NCBI GenBank assembly: GCA_964304625.1
Contig: OZ199840.1
Span: 4,316,490-4,380,489, forward strand
Source of the DNA: Kudoa neothunni
Taxonomy: Eukaryota; Animalia; Cnidaria
Direction: 5' to 3'
Length of the DNA stretch: 64,000 nt
Part shown: positions 13,946 through 27,500 of the stretch, one piece after another
Layout: each line of letters starts with the position of its first letter
How positions within the stretch are numbered: position 1 is the stretch's first letter
Translations under genes and position numbers: made by a program
Notes under the pieces: model-generated
What the model was told of the DNA's origin: nothing
Database searches by the model: none
Seen by the model: the letters and a program-made list of their open reading frames with translations, nothing else

Positions 13946-14662
13946 CAGTGTTTCCTAACGCGGAGTGTGTGTAAATTTTGAACCTTAATGAACCGCTCTG
14001 GTGGGGGTGGGGGTGGGGGGTGGGACTCTGAAAATCTTGAGTTTTGGTTGGCACGGATAATGTGGTGATTTTCGATATCATTTGTTTTTAAGTGACGATT
14101 AATATCATTAAAAATTAAAAAAAGTAATGATGAACTATATAAAAATTCATAACAATAATAATAATAATTCATAATATTTAACGGGTCCTTTACCTGAATA
14201 GAATCAGAATTGTTTTAATCCAGATCTTGCCTCATTTAGAATCGTGATCTCCCCTTTTTTGGATTTAACCTAATATAATATTAATTTTCTATTTGGATTA
14301 TTTCCTCGGGGTTTATAGGTCCCATATCTATATATGTACGAACCTCATGTCTAATGTCTAGTGTCTAATGTCAATTGGATTATTATAGGTTTCACTTAAC
14401 GCTGTTTTGGATGGAATAATGAACTAAAGATGGTAATTTTTAGGGTTAGCCGATAAATTAAGTTAGAGCTGGTCGAATACATTTGAATTCTAATGAGAAA
14501 ACAAGTATATATTAATCGTGTTCAAATTTTAATGTGATATGGAGCATTATTTAAAGTTATGAACCGTTTAAATTAAAAAAATCAATCCTTTTGAAAAAGA
14601 TGGGGCTCCGAATTTTTTTCAAGAGGAAGTGGGACGCAAATAAAAATGTTAGGGAAACACTG
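13946..14662. mobile_element. hAT-type MITE
   Basis: TIRs cagtgtttcctaac / gttagggaaacactg. No clear TSD. Confidence 0.55.
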
Positions 14663-15096
14663 CTTCGGAGAGTTACCTTGGTATTACGTTTTCAAGCATT
14701 AGTTATTCACCTCTTTTGATTGTATTAGGTATTGTATTGATTTTCGTAACTAACTTAATCTTTACGCCGCATTATCGTGCTAACAATGAAAGAATTTTCT
14801 CCTTAATACAAGCCAAAAAAATAAAACAAACTAATTGATTACTCACTGAAGGCCGGGACAGTAAAATGTATACAGCTCGCAAATCCACCAATTTTACGAA
14901 TAATGAGTAATTAGTAAGTAATAATACGTGCAAAACATGAAAACCCACAAAGAATTATTATAAGAAAGGAGCTGTGATGCCGTGAATCAAGATATCTTAT
15001 AAGTAGGGTCTTCGTTTTCGACGTCAATTTTAAAAAATAATCGACGTTTATTTTGGTTGGTCGAGGTGCGCCCGTGTACACATTGAACACCCTAAT

Positions 15097-15970
15097 CAGT
15101 GATCACCTAAGTTTTTAGCTGGCGGGCCAAACTATTGATTTTCATAAGTTTTGAGGCCGGATCATGTAATTTTTTCGAAAAATAGTCATAAAAATGAAAA
15201 TAATATAAACAAATAATGAATTGTAATTGAATGTGAAATAGAAAACCGATTCCTGTGGCAGGATTTAGTGTATTTCAATTTGGAGGTTCCCAATGGGATT
15301 ACGAACCATGCATTGTCTATTGTATAATTCAAAAAATCGCAAAGTTAGCTAGATTTATGGTTGTAATCAAGAATTACATTTTTTTTCTAGCATGATATTT
15401 ACAGTTTATTTATTTGATCATGACAAAAAATCGTGTAAACGCCAAGATGCTATTAAGGTGTTCTGTTCATTTGTCGAGTTTAAATTAATTTTTACTTCTT
15501 TATTGAACACTATTAAGAGATAAGAACATAATTTTGTAAAATATTGTGTATGATGTTAGAAAATATCTAAAGAACGATGATTATTGCCCATCATTTTAAA
15601 TTTTTGACATTAAATCAATTAAACTGAACCTATTTAAAGATCAGAGTTAATCAATTTAATTTATAAATTTAAATAATTAGGAATTTTAAACTATTACAAG
15701 CATAAGAATCAAATAAATTTTGATACATGTATCTTATCGATTCGTGCACTTTACATTCAGAATCTCGCTATATTAGTGTGTCTATTTACTCTTTTGTCCC
15801 AATGTAGACAAAATAAAAACGTAAAAGGAATTAAATGAGGATTTTTAATTAATCCTCATCTACTAATGTAACGTATTGATAGACTTCAAGTAGGTCCATA
15901 TAATTTCGCAAGCGCATTCGAAATTCGAATGTTAGGGGGGACACCTTGGGCCGTATTTTGGCGACCCCTG
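15097..15970. mobile_element. hAT-type MITE
   Basis: Left end cagtgatcacctaag..gcgggccaaa and right end gggccgtattttggcgacccctg are typical hAT ends. cctaat occurs on both flanks. Confidence 0.55.
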
Positions 15971-17446
15971 CCTAATTAAAAAAAATGAACAAGATCCCCC
16001 CAAAAAAAACTTATTTAACTCAAGAGCGATAGAACTAGAACGTCGAGAATAATAAGAAATAAGAGGGAGAAATTTTTTTTGATTTTTGAAGTTTTTTCTA
16101 TCTCTAAACAAATCTCACAGAGAAGTGTCTTGAATCGTTTTTATAACGAGATTGCTTGCTCTGACTTTATTTTCCTGTAATTTCTATTTTTTGTGGAGAT
16201 ATGTAACTCTGAAATATTTACCGGCGAATTCATTTTCTGTCTTCTCTATGTCGATCAGTTCAACAGGAAAATTATCAATTTAAGTTTTGTCGTTGATTTA
16301 AAATTTTTTATAAATTCGACTAATAACAACGATCTCAATAGAAAACTGCAACCCTACTTAAACATAAATTTAATATATCAAGGAAAATCTTTGAAACAAG
16401 AGTCAGGGCAATGATTAGTCGATGGCATAGACCATAATTAAATATTAATTGGTTTTTTTTAATATTAAAATATTCTTTAATTTTTGGACTATTTAAAAAA
16501 TCTAATTGGACGCCCTGCTATAAGTAGATATTTAGCATTAATAATAGTGGCGCACATTCGTGTGTCATATTTAGAGGTGAATTCGCTCATAAGAATAACC
16601 TCAGCCAATAAATATTACATTTTTATTGAATAAATTGTTATTGATAGAGTAGATAATTTAAATGTATGCAACTACGAAAAACAGCTTCATTTTTAAATTC
16701 CACTGACTCTCCTCCGCTCATAAATTAATTATTATGGTACACCAGTGATATGAATATTCAATAACTATGCAATCCCTAAATTATTTATTTCAAAATCACT
16801 TTTATCTTTAAAATTTGTTAGAATTTTACGTCAGTCAATATCACTTAAAAAAAGACTAAATAGATCAATTCTTAGAGTATTTACCTTGGTCACGATTTTT
16901 TCATTGACGTAGAAATTCGCAGAGAAAATGTTTATCGATAAAAAATATCCTCAATAATCTCAATGACAATTAATTAATAACTGCATAAAATATAATCAAC
17001 GTATTTTTAGTCGAAAATGGATATTTCGCAATTCCGAAATTTCAAAACTTTTCGCATTATCATTTTTGTCGAAAAAAACCAATTTAAAAATATTGTTATT
17101 TCCCTCTTATCCACATATATTAAAAAAAGAATTCTTCAACTGTCAAATGTTCAATAATTTATAACAAAATATTCCTGATAAAAATAAATCTTTGTCTTAT
17201 TGTTGAATTTTTCGACCTTAAAAATTCAACATCAATTTCATTTAATCCAATACAACAAGTAATAGTCAGATTTTACATATAAAAATGCTGGCGTAAAATA
17301 TTTAACTATTTGTAATACTTATTATAGTTAAAATGCTAGAAAATGGCATGAAAATGTAAATACTCGTAACAAATTATTCAATAACTTAATATCGTCGTCG
17401 CCGTTGGAACACTAATAAAAATTAAAAATATCCGCTTCGACCAATT

Positions 17447-18544
17447 TCATTCCTCCGTGTCAGTATGACTGTCGGCTGAATCGCTTTCTTCATCTATTAT
17501 ATTAGGCGATGCTTCTTCATCGGTATGGCTGTTTTCAGTGGCACTTTCCTCAGAGGGAGTATCATCCACGTAACTCACATAGTCGGGCAGAATACGGAAT
17601 GCGAAATAAAGGCTAACAGCACACACCACCGTAGAACAAATGAGTGGGACAATTCCATAATTGCCACTAGCTGCAAGGTTCTAAAAGCAAAGTGAGAAAA
17701 TAGTGACATGAACGAGATATCTAATTTCTACCACCAAACTGAGAAGCAGATGTGATCCAACAACGTAGCCCACAGAAAGATAATTACAATGAAAATTTCC
17801 ATAGTACATAATAACTGACCATAATACTTGGTTCGAAAAATTAGTCAAACATAACAACCCTAAAGAAATTCAATGACCTTAAAACAATAATTCGCACACA
17901 CATACCCATAATCACAACAAAGTATTCATTTTGGGTGGTTTTCAATCCCACTGCACCGGGTCCAATTAAATCACGAATCAAATTCGACACTTGAAAAATA
18001 TTGCTGGTCAACCCGTAACCAAGACCACATACTATAACAGTGCAACAATACAACATTACAACAGCGTATAGAAATAATGTGGAAAACAACAAAAATTACT
18101 ATAAGCATATTTGGCATGTCGATATGGATTCAACTTTTCCAGATATCTCATCACGTAGAAATCGGTACGTCTAAAAAATTTATTTGGTCATTCCTAGCTC
18201 AATGGCAATGTTGAAAGATTAAAATTCTTATTGACATACCTCACTAATGAGAACCAAAAATAACGACTGACTTCTTGAACTCCCACGTTAAAAATAAACT
18301 CGATGGCATACAATTTGTTATTCAATTTTACACCGAACCACAAAAACGAGCATAAAACAAGCGACAAATAAAAGCAAAACGAACTACAACATAACTGTAT
18401 GAAAAAACAATATAAAATCATTGATTACCTTCCAATAAATAGACAAATAGTGTGGGACTTTTCACTGGCATGTTTTCCGAATAAAACCACCCCTGGCCCA
18501 TATGAGCATAAAGCTAGTGCCAAAGCCTGCACTGAGAATTCCAT
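17447..18544 (-). CDS. APH1: Gamma-secretase subunit APH-1, multi-exon
   Basis: MEFSVQALALALCSYGPG.., NVGVQEVSRYFW, CGLGYGLTSNIFQVSNLIRDLIGPGAVG (GxxxG TM4 and GPGxVG loop) and VGSHLLLS match APH-1 motifs in order. Confidence 0.9.
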
Positions 18545-20363
18545 GTTGTGGTTGGTGAGATGATGATGACGACCTTGATATTAGTAATGTATAACCCTTA
18601 ATTTATATTGTTTGCGTGCGCATGGTTATTTTTTTATTATTAAACTTATTATATGAAGGAATTATATTTTATCAATTAATTAATCACTTATTATTTTACA
18701 TATGTTTAAATCGCATTGCACTCAATCGATATGGGGAATTATCGAGTGATAAAATTTCTTCAGTATCCCCATCCAGGCAAAAGTAAGATTATTTGTATCA
18801 ATATTCAATATTTGAGGTATATATTTCTGATAACTAAAAACATCGAGGATTTCGATAAGTTTCAATGTTTTAGTTGAGAAAAAAATTATATTAATGTTGT
18901 TTCAAAATTTTATTTTATTGATTTTTCTTAAAATGTGGTGGTTACAAATATTACAAATAATATTTTCATAGATATACAATTATATATTTACTAAAAGTAC
19001 CGCGGAGAAAATTAACTATCTCATTCGTGTTTTATGTTTTATTCCCGATAATAAACTGCTTTAATTGATGATAATGTTTTAATTTGCATTATATTCAAAT
19101 TTTAGGGGAAAATTTTGCTAGTAATAAATTATCTAATGAATTTTAAGTGTTAAATTTTATAAAATCATTTTATAAAAGTTATACCTTAACGAAATTTGAG
19201 GTTGTGAAAATGATTTTGTGTAAATCTGGTAGTTATCTTACATTACTAGTGTGACACCCCAGTGTTACCAGGTAATGGGTGGTTAGTTATGGAATTGATT
19301 TATTTATTTTTTTCAAATTAATTATTCTCTTATAAAAAAAGTTTTTTATTCCATCTAAATATGATTATATTTGAAAAATTAATATTTTAATGATCATATT
19401 TGTCGGAATTAAGGCTAATCCAATTTAATCCTATGCATAAAATTATTATATAGATTTATACTTCAACTTATACATTTACAAAAATAATAAAAAAACCAAT
19501 TGAAATTACTTTATTAATATTAATCAAACGATGTATTTGAATTTAATATTTTAATTAGGACGGAAAATGCAAGTATACTAAAATTTCTATTACGCAAGTT
19601 TTTTATATATTTGAGTGCAAAAATTTATTTTAATTTCGTTAGCATTGTAAAATTGCTTATTTTAACATTGACCAACAAATCGTGAAGATGGTAAACAGCA
19701 TAATAAATTAGGTAAACTATTTCATCATTTTTCAAAAATATGTCCAACGCTAGTCAACCAACAATATTCACAAGTCACCTTCTAACTCATACTATGAAAT
19801 ACTGTTTTAGTAATGTTTCTCAATCACAGCAATTGAGGCAATTTTAATGTATTTAATTAATGGAGCTGCCGAACTTTGGGAGTTTCCGGACATTAATAAA
19901 TAATACTTGTGGAACGCAACGGTTTGACGTAATGAATTAATTTAAGACAGGTTTTAATAATTTCTTATCAATTTACTCGATTATTTTTATTAAAAAATCG
20001 ATAAAATGTTAGGAGACACAATATACAGAGATAATTACCAATATATAAACAAAATAATTTTAATCGTAATTTAGTTAAGATTAATATCAATATTCCTCAT
20101 ATTTTTCTATTTACTCTTTCCATTATTAATTTTATTATTTCATAATTTAGTTTTAGCTTAAAAACCTCTCAATGTATTATTAGAAAATTACTCAACGTTT
20201 TTTGGGTTGGTAAAATTAGTAATTATAAAATACCCAAGTTATAAAGAATTATTAAATTAAGTTAACTTTTAAATAAAAATTATCCGATAAATATGGTATT
20301 TTTTTAAATTGGCATTTATTTTTGTCTAAATAATAGTTCCTTTGCAATATTTACAAAAATAGA

Positions 20364-23107
20364 CAGTCGAACCTCGATTATCCGGAAATCGCGTTATCTA
20401 GAAGATATTTTAAATTTTATTTGGATTTTATTGAAATTACTTGTTAAAAAATTTTCCTTTATCTGGAATCTTGGTAAAAGGAATAACTATTTAATCATAA
20501 TTCCGGATAAAAGTACCACCCATCAACGTACAACATGTACAATTTGGTGTATATACCAATAAAATACTTAACCCTTTCGTTTCCAAATTTATTTTGAATG
20601 TTAAATTAATTTTAAAATTATATATAATTTAAAATTTATGCTTTAAACAAAAATTACTTAACATGAATTTAAAGTCTTTTTTTAATCTGTCCTCTAAGGT
20701 GGACAATGGGTATTTATTTATCTCGGCATATTCGCGCATTGGTTACGCGTAAAAAAACACAAAAATATTAAAATTTTAAAAACAATTCCTTTCTTTCTTA
20801 AGACAACACAATAACTGGCATTTCATACATTTAAATTCGGTTCCTTTTGACTAACCATGCATCTTGAATGTGTTGGCATTATTTTGGGGAAATGTCCAAC
20901 CATGTCCAGATAGATTTTATCACTTAATGGACTAGATCTCGTTCTTTTTTTTTGGTGTTGACGTTACTTTTTCCGCCACCAGTTTAATTAAGTGAGGGTC
21001 TACCACGTTTAGTTTGAGTAGTCATTGATCGTTGGTGAATAAGACTTTCACTAACTTTTAAAGAAAAATCCAACGAATCCATTACTTCATTCTTATCAGC
21101 ACGTTTCATGAAACAATTAAGTTTATAAAATAGCCAAGCATTAATAATGCATGTATTTAGAATAAAAAAAAAAAAGAATCTAAATTAATACTTTCTCAAC
21201 TTATGTTTCATAACATAAAGTGACATGAGCATATCTGATAGATCAACTCCGCCCATATTTTGTTTATATTCCTTAACAACAGCTGGACAACCCTTTACTT
21301 TGTTAATACGTATCGTACCAACAGAATAGATATTTCTTCGTTTTAAGAATATTTGCAGCGGGATAGATGTAAACCAGATGTCAAATATGCGAAATATGCG
21401 AAATATGCGAAATATGGTTCGCTCAATGGTAGATTTTCGAACAGCTTTATGACAAAGTTGCCAGGTACAAGACCGCAGGTTTTCGTCAATCGTAAACTAA
21501 ATCATTAACGCCACACTTTGCAAACATTTTATACCCCAATTTTGTTGGTTCATTGGGGATGTATTGCTTGGCCTTTAAACGGAATTATCTGCCCGTTATT
21601 TGAGTGGTTTCTTGCGGGCTCAATCTTCAGAAACGATGCTCTAACAGAATCTAACAAAGGTTTAATCTTAGCGAATTTGTCGTATTTGGACGAATTAGGA
21701 TATGTGATAATTTTAGAATTATCCACGAAATTCAAGTATTTATATATTTGTCCAAAACAGTTCCTTGAGAAAGTCTCGGAAACAAGGGGGTAGTTCATAA
21801 GTTTCAACCAATAACATCGATACCTCGGCATTCCTATTATCCCTATAATAATCAAAACTCCCAGATATTTTTCTATTCTTAATACTAGTTTTGAAGTTAG
21901 CATTTTGTTAAGCAGCGTACAGATTTAATTCATATGCAATATTCCGTATCAACTCACTAGTGACAAAAAATTTGAAATACTCAATGGGTAATATGAAGTA
22001 ACGCAAGTCGCTAAGAATTGTCTAATTGATCTCTAAATTTTCAGCTAGACTTGGAACGTTCTGTTTCTTTCTCCATTTAAAATTAAAATTTGATCGTCCT
22101 CGGAATCACTGGAATCTTGATATGTTTCATCACCCAATTCTGCCTCGTTGTTTGAAATGATAGGACGGTCTGACTCATGTACCATCATATCCGACTCTGA
22201 ATTAACTGCATCCGCAAGTACAATTACTTCTATGATGGTTTTTCTATTTTCTTTTTGACTAAAAACAACATCGTGGTCCAGTAGAATATACTGTTGGAGA
22301 TCCCCGAAACCCCAATGTCCACTATAAAGCCCACGCGGAGATTAGTGTGTGTTTTTTGATATATTTAAATCACACATTAATTAAATTCCAATTATTAAAT
22401 AATCACTTCATTTTTTACAATATTAAATTTTTTCAGTAACATTTGATGATTTTTTTCTACTTATTTTTCCAAATGTTTCAGATTATTTCGGCGTTATAAA
22501 AAAGGAGGGGTTATATCACAAATAAAAATGACTATAAACATTCATTAATATATTATCTCATTTAATGTAAAGAATACCAACCTATGTTTATCCCATTCAT
22601 AAATTATTCTTTTAGTAATTAATTCGCTTATATATACAATCGGATTAATTTTTGACCACTAAAGTGGACAATTGGAACAAAAAGGTTGAAACCAAAATAA
22701 TTCTTGGTTTATTATTTGTGAATTTTTCTCTTTAAGCCTAAGTTAAGTATTTTGTCCTTATTTTAATTCGTACTATATCTGAACATATGCCTGTATGTAT
22801 ATTAAACAGACATTGTTTACGGATTATTTAAAAAAAAGTAGATTACTCCACTGTAAACGTGGTTTTCTCCCATAATTACGTAATATTTTTTTTTCAGTCT
22901 CCGTACTCTTCGTTAATAGATACGTCAAAATTTTTAAACCAAGTTTCAGAAGTTAAATTATTTTACTTAATAAATGGTGAAAATCGTTTATAAATCAATA
23001 ACCAATCTTTTAAGCAGAAATGTTAAAAAAATGTGCGAACACGTGACAATATTTATGTTCGATTAACCTGAACCTCGTTATCCGGAAAGATAATCGAGGT
23101 AAGACTG
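20364..23107. mobile_element. pogo/Tigger-type MITE interrupted by a piggyBac insertion
   Basis: Left end cagtcgaacctcgattatccgg, right end gataatcgaggtaagactg followed by TA. The same TIR family occurs at ~31884 and 56323. Confidence 0.65.
20572..22685 (-). mobile_element. Decayed piggyBac transposon with transposase pseudogene
   Basis: TTAA|CCCTTTCGTTTCCAAAT at left and aattggaacaaaaagg|TTGA at right. Minus-strand fragments YLGVLIIIGIIGMPRYRCYW, DKFAKIKPLLD, QIIPFKG, DIWFTSIPL, SVGTIR, YKQNMGGVDLSD and a Cys-rich tail, broken by stops and frameshifts. Confidence 0.9.
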
Positions 23108-24527
23108 TAACAACAAAAATTAAGAAAACTCTTATTATTTATATATACACGATATATAAATATAATTTTTTTAATCTTTTTTTATGTAATTATTAAATTT
23201 ATTATTTTCTTAAATTATCATAATACGACAATTATTCGAACTAATACATCTTAAAAATAAAAGTTTACATTTTTTCGAAGAATAATTTTAAGAAATTCAT
23301 ACAAGAAAGTGCGAATAACTATTATTTTAAACGAGAAAATTCCTATCTTTTAAAACCAAGCAGTGAATATGTTACATGCTTATAAATTATTATCATATTT
23401 TAGAAAATATAATTTATTTGAATAAAATTTAAAATTTAGCTTCTAAACTTAATAATGTTTAAAATGTCAAACAGTTTTCTTTTGTAATAATAGTTATTTA
23501 AAAATACGTTGGTCGATGCGTTAAATTTTTTAAAACAGATAAAAGATCTAGTAAGAATGTCTTAAAAAATTAAGTTATAGTATAGTATTTAGTGGCTTAA
23601 TGTACCCAAGAATCCAATCTTATATGAACTAGTTTTTCGGCATTAGAATGCTTCAGTGTTTATCGGTCAAAATAACCCTTAATCTCTGTGATTAACAACT
23701 TTAAAATGTACGTTTTAATCTTAGAAAATTCAAAAACGGGTCTTCAGTAATACAAAAAATTAACAAGAAAAAGAAGTAAGTTTGAAAATTAATATATGGG
23801 GATCTTTACTAATCCCATGTAAAATAATGCAAATGCGTCAAGTGTAGACAATCAAAGTTGATTAAAAACAAAAAATATTTAAAAATACAACTTGTGTATA
23901 ATTTAAAAAAAATAAAACTCTAAAAATCAAATCGATTTAAATAGATGGGAATAATTATGTTTTTATACTTTCGAGGCAATATTCCCACACTAATTTCTTT
24001 TCACCGATAAATTCATATTACATCATTCTTTATATTACTTCGTAAAGTAAATTAATTAAGGAATTATTTATTGATTTTTCTTTTAATGTTGTAGAATCTC
24101 TAGATTTATCACCTTTGATTCTGTTCCCTACATTTTGATTAATCTTTAATGCTTTGTTATCACTTATTATTATAAAGTTATTTTAGTTGTTCAATCAGTA
24201 TGAATCTATTTCTTTTATTTATAATAAAGATGGTCGGATTTCGCTATTATGAGGTATTCTAAACTATGCGATACGAGTTATGAGTCGCAGGGATTACGTA
24301 TCAGTAGGTTCTATTTTAAAAATTATCACGTGACATCCTATATTTCTATTTGATCTCAACCTATCAAAATCTATTACATAGAGAACTTAAAATATCACCT
24401 ATATTTTAATTTACACAACCTAGCAACAAAACATACCGCTGCCTGCCTAGTGGTATTCCATATAGGTCACGCGCTTATATATCACTGCTTATAGATTGTG
24501 TTAGATTGTCGTATTAGCACTGTATCG

Positions 24528-27500
24528 ATGATAATTTGCGGTTCTTTGTTGAAGGTTTATGGTTTCCGCAACCAAATAGCAGATAAGTCTATTTTTTACT
24601 CAATGAGATCGTATGCGACAACTACTGGCTCCCATCGTTGTGGAGTACTTCGTCACATTCCTTGCATCAAACGAGACGAGATTTTGAGTGAACTTGATGA
24701 GAGTTTCCATGTGGAAAGATTGCATGAAGTCAACTTTGGTTTGTATTCGGATGTGCTACTGGATGTGAACGGTTCGCTTGATAATATGCGAGCATTGATG
24801 AACAAATATTCCTATAAAAGTAATCCCGCGCGTTAATTTCTGTGTAGAAATTGGACCGATTTTATCTCAATTGTTAATAGATACTTGTGGGACACATTTT
24901 GAAGTTCTTCCAAGTCATCTAGAACAGTAGATTTTATTTTCTCAAATCGACAACATTATTGATTCGTCATTAGTGTTGTTAAAACTAACTTTATTGTGAA
25001 AAAAATCTACCAACCCCGATACATGCTTCCTAATGTGCAAGTGTTGTTTTCTAATGGTGCCGGCCCAACCAAATATCACATCCGACTGAAAAATAGTTCC
25101 GATTTTAAGTTAATTCGCGATTTGGAACGGAATGAAACATCGCCCGGTAATTACATATGAATTTTTCCACACGTGATTATCTCTATCAAAATATGTTAGA
25201 ATTCAACTATAAACCAGCGGTGATTTTAGCCTACTTCAATCACACCAAGTAATTTTCCTGTTTTGCTCAATAAATTGTTGAACTGCAACCAGCTAAAGCT
25301 AACGTTGATATTTTAAGCCAATTGTTTCATATTTGTGTTCCAAAAGAAATTAGCTAACTTTTGTTGATATCGCTTTATTTTTCTGTTGTAATTGTTGCTG
25401 TAGTTACTAAAAAACTTAATAGATTGCCATTTGGTATCGTTAAGCTGTTTAGAAAAATTACTTATATCAAATGTTGACTAAAAATTTAACTTAAGGAGTT
25501 TCATAGAAATAGCTTAACAAAATAATGGCTTAAATAGTTGGGTTTTTTTGAATTTTTTTCTTTCTGAAATAAAGTGGTATATTTTAAATGTATAGTTACC
25601 GCGTAAAATAAAGAAGCGAATGTGTCCCACAACGAGTGTTAAGTTGAGTTTATCAATTTGAAAAATTTAACTCTGTGAGGTAATAGTCGGCTATAATATG
25701 TTAAACTGATTCTACCTGACAGCAAAATTTTTCTGAGATATTACACAATTTTTAGGGGGACATGGGCTCGCGTTACTTATTTATTTAATTTAATGTGCAT
25801 GTGCGATCTAATATTAACTTTTGGTGGTAACAAACAACATTTTAAGATTGATATGCAATATATTGATTATAAAAATGTGAAAGACAAACTAATTCGCATT
25901 ATAACTATTAGATTAACCGTCGGTTAATTTTCAAACTACTGATTCAAAAATATAAAGTTTAACAAAATAATATAAGCTTATTTCTCGACATTACCATCCT
26001 CAATGAAAGTACATTTACATTCTCTTATTGTTAACTAATTTCATCTAAACACATAACCCCTATTTCCATTACAGTAAGGTCTCGACGTTGCACACTAAAT
26101 CGGACCTGAGCTTTTACTGTTCAGTAAGAAATCACCGCCCCAATTGAGTTTTGCGCCAACGCTATTAGAATAAATTTTCTATTTTTTAACGAAAAAATGA
26201 TCTTCTTTGTTTGTAATATAGATTAAGAACGTGAAAGACATCGAACTAACAGTATATAACTTTTAATCTTTTTTTAGCGAACTTTTGATCAAGAGTTTTT
26301 AAAATATTAAAGAAATAGTTGAGGACATCAAAAAAATTTGTTGATCGTAATATTTAACACGTAAATCGTTAATTCCTTTATAACATTGAGTGTCTTTGAA
26401 TTTACCAATGACACTATGCGGAAATTTTTTCTTGTAAATTGACCAGTCTATAATGCGTTGACGGGTCTTTTTTATTGTTTATTTCCTTTTAATTTTACTC
26501 ATTCTTTATTGGATTCGTTCGTTGAGTCCATTTTTTTGATTAAAAAAGCGATCTCGTTGAGATTTAATATTTTTCTTTTTTCATATCTATTTATTGACTC
26601 ATAAAATTGGTTTCCCTAATCATAAACAATGTCATAAACTTTCGGCGCTTCTTTGTGGAGAGTGAATTTAAAAAAACAACAAATATTTATATTTTAAAGC
26701 AAATCTATGCGCCAACTGAAATCAGTGAATTTGCTATCATGAGCATCAGTAATGTCAGCAATCTCAGCAATAGATTTTGTTTTTTGAGTGTTCAAAAACC
26801 CTAAAATATTTTTCTTTTTTTCTGTTCAGAAATATATAGAGGTATATAGCTCAATTTCAAGTTTGAAATAGTTGATTTTGTAATCCTTTTAAGAATTTAA
26901 ACAACATTGAAATTCATTTTATTTGATAAAATTCTATTCAGAGAAGAATAACCCACTCTAATTCTAATTTGTACAAACTCACAATAACTGAATACATGAT
27001 ATTCTATGGCGCTCTAGAGCCATTTATTGACATTTCAGATTGATTTAATCGAATAATAATATTTAATAATTTTACAGATTTCTTTTTTCTCTCTCACAAA
27101 ACCAAACGTTTGAACGTGCAACTTAGTGGATTAATCGAATTAAAATTTGGAATAACTACTGCCCAATAATAAGACCCTGAATTTCACCAAAAATGTGTCA
27201 AACATATGTTCTTTCACATTTTTGTTATATGATAAACTTACATATTATATACATCGAAAATTTTACAATGTTGAAAATAGAAATTTAACAATGCCAACTA
27301 CCTTATATCTAACCTCGCAATATCGAGACCTTACTGTAAATAACAATCAATAGTTATATATATGTAGGAGCGTGTTATGATTAATTTCTGAGTGATGTTC
27401 ATCGTTTTATATACTGATTATAATAGTGCTGCTAAATTCGATCCTACTCGTCTGCGCTTAAAACCCTCACATGCTAGCATTGGCTCAGGCCTTAGGAACA

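Noticed and set aside
13924-14172. ORF with a poly-Pro stretch
   Set aside because: The poly-Pro is just the reverse complement of the G-tract inside a MITE.
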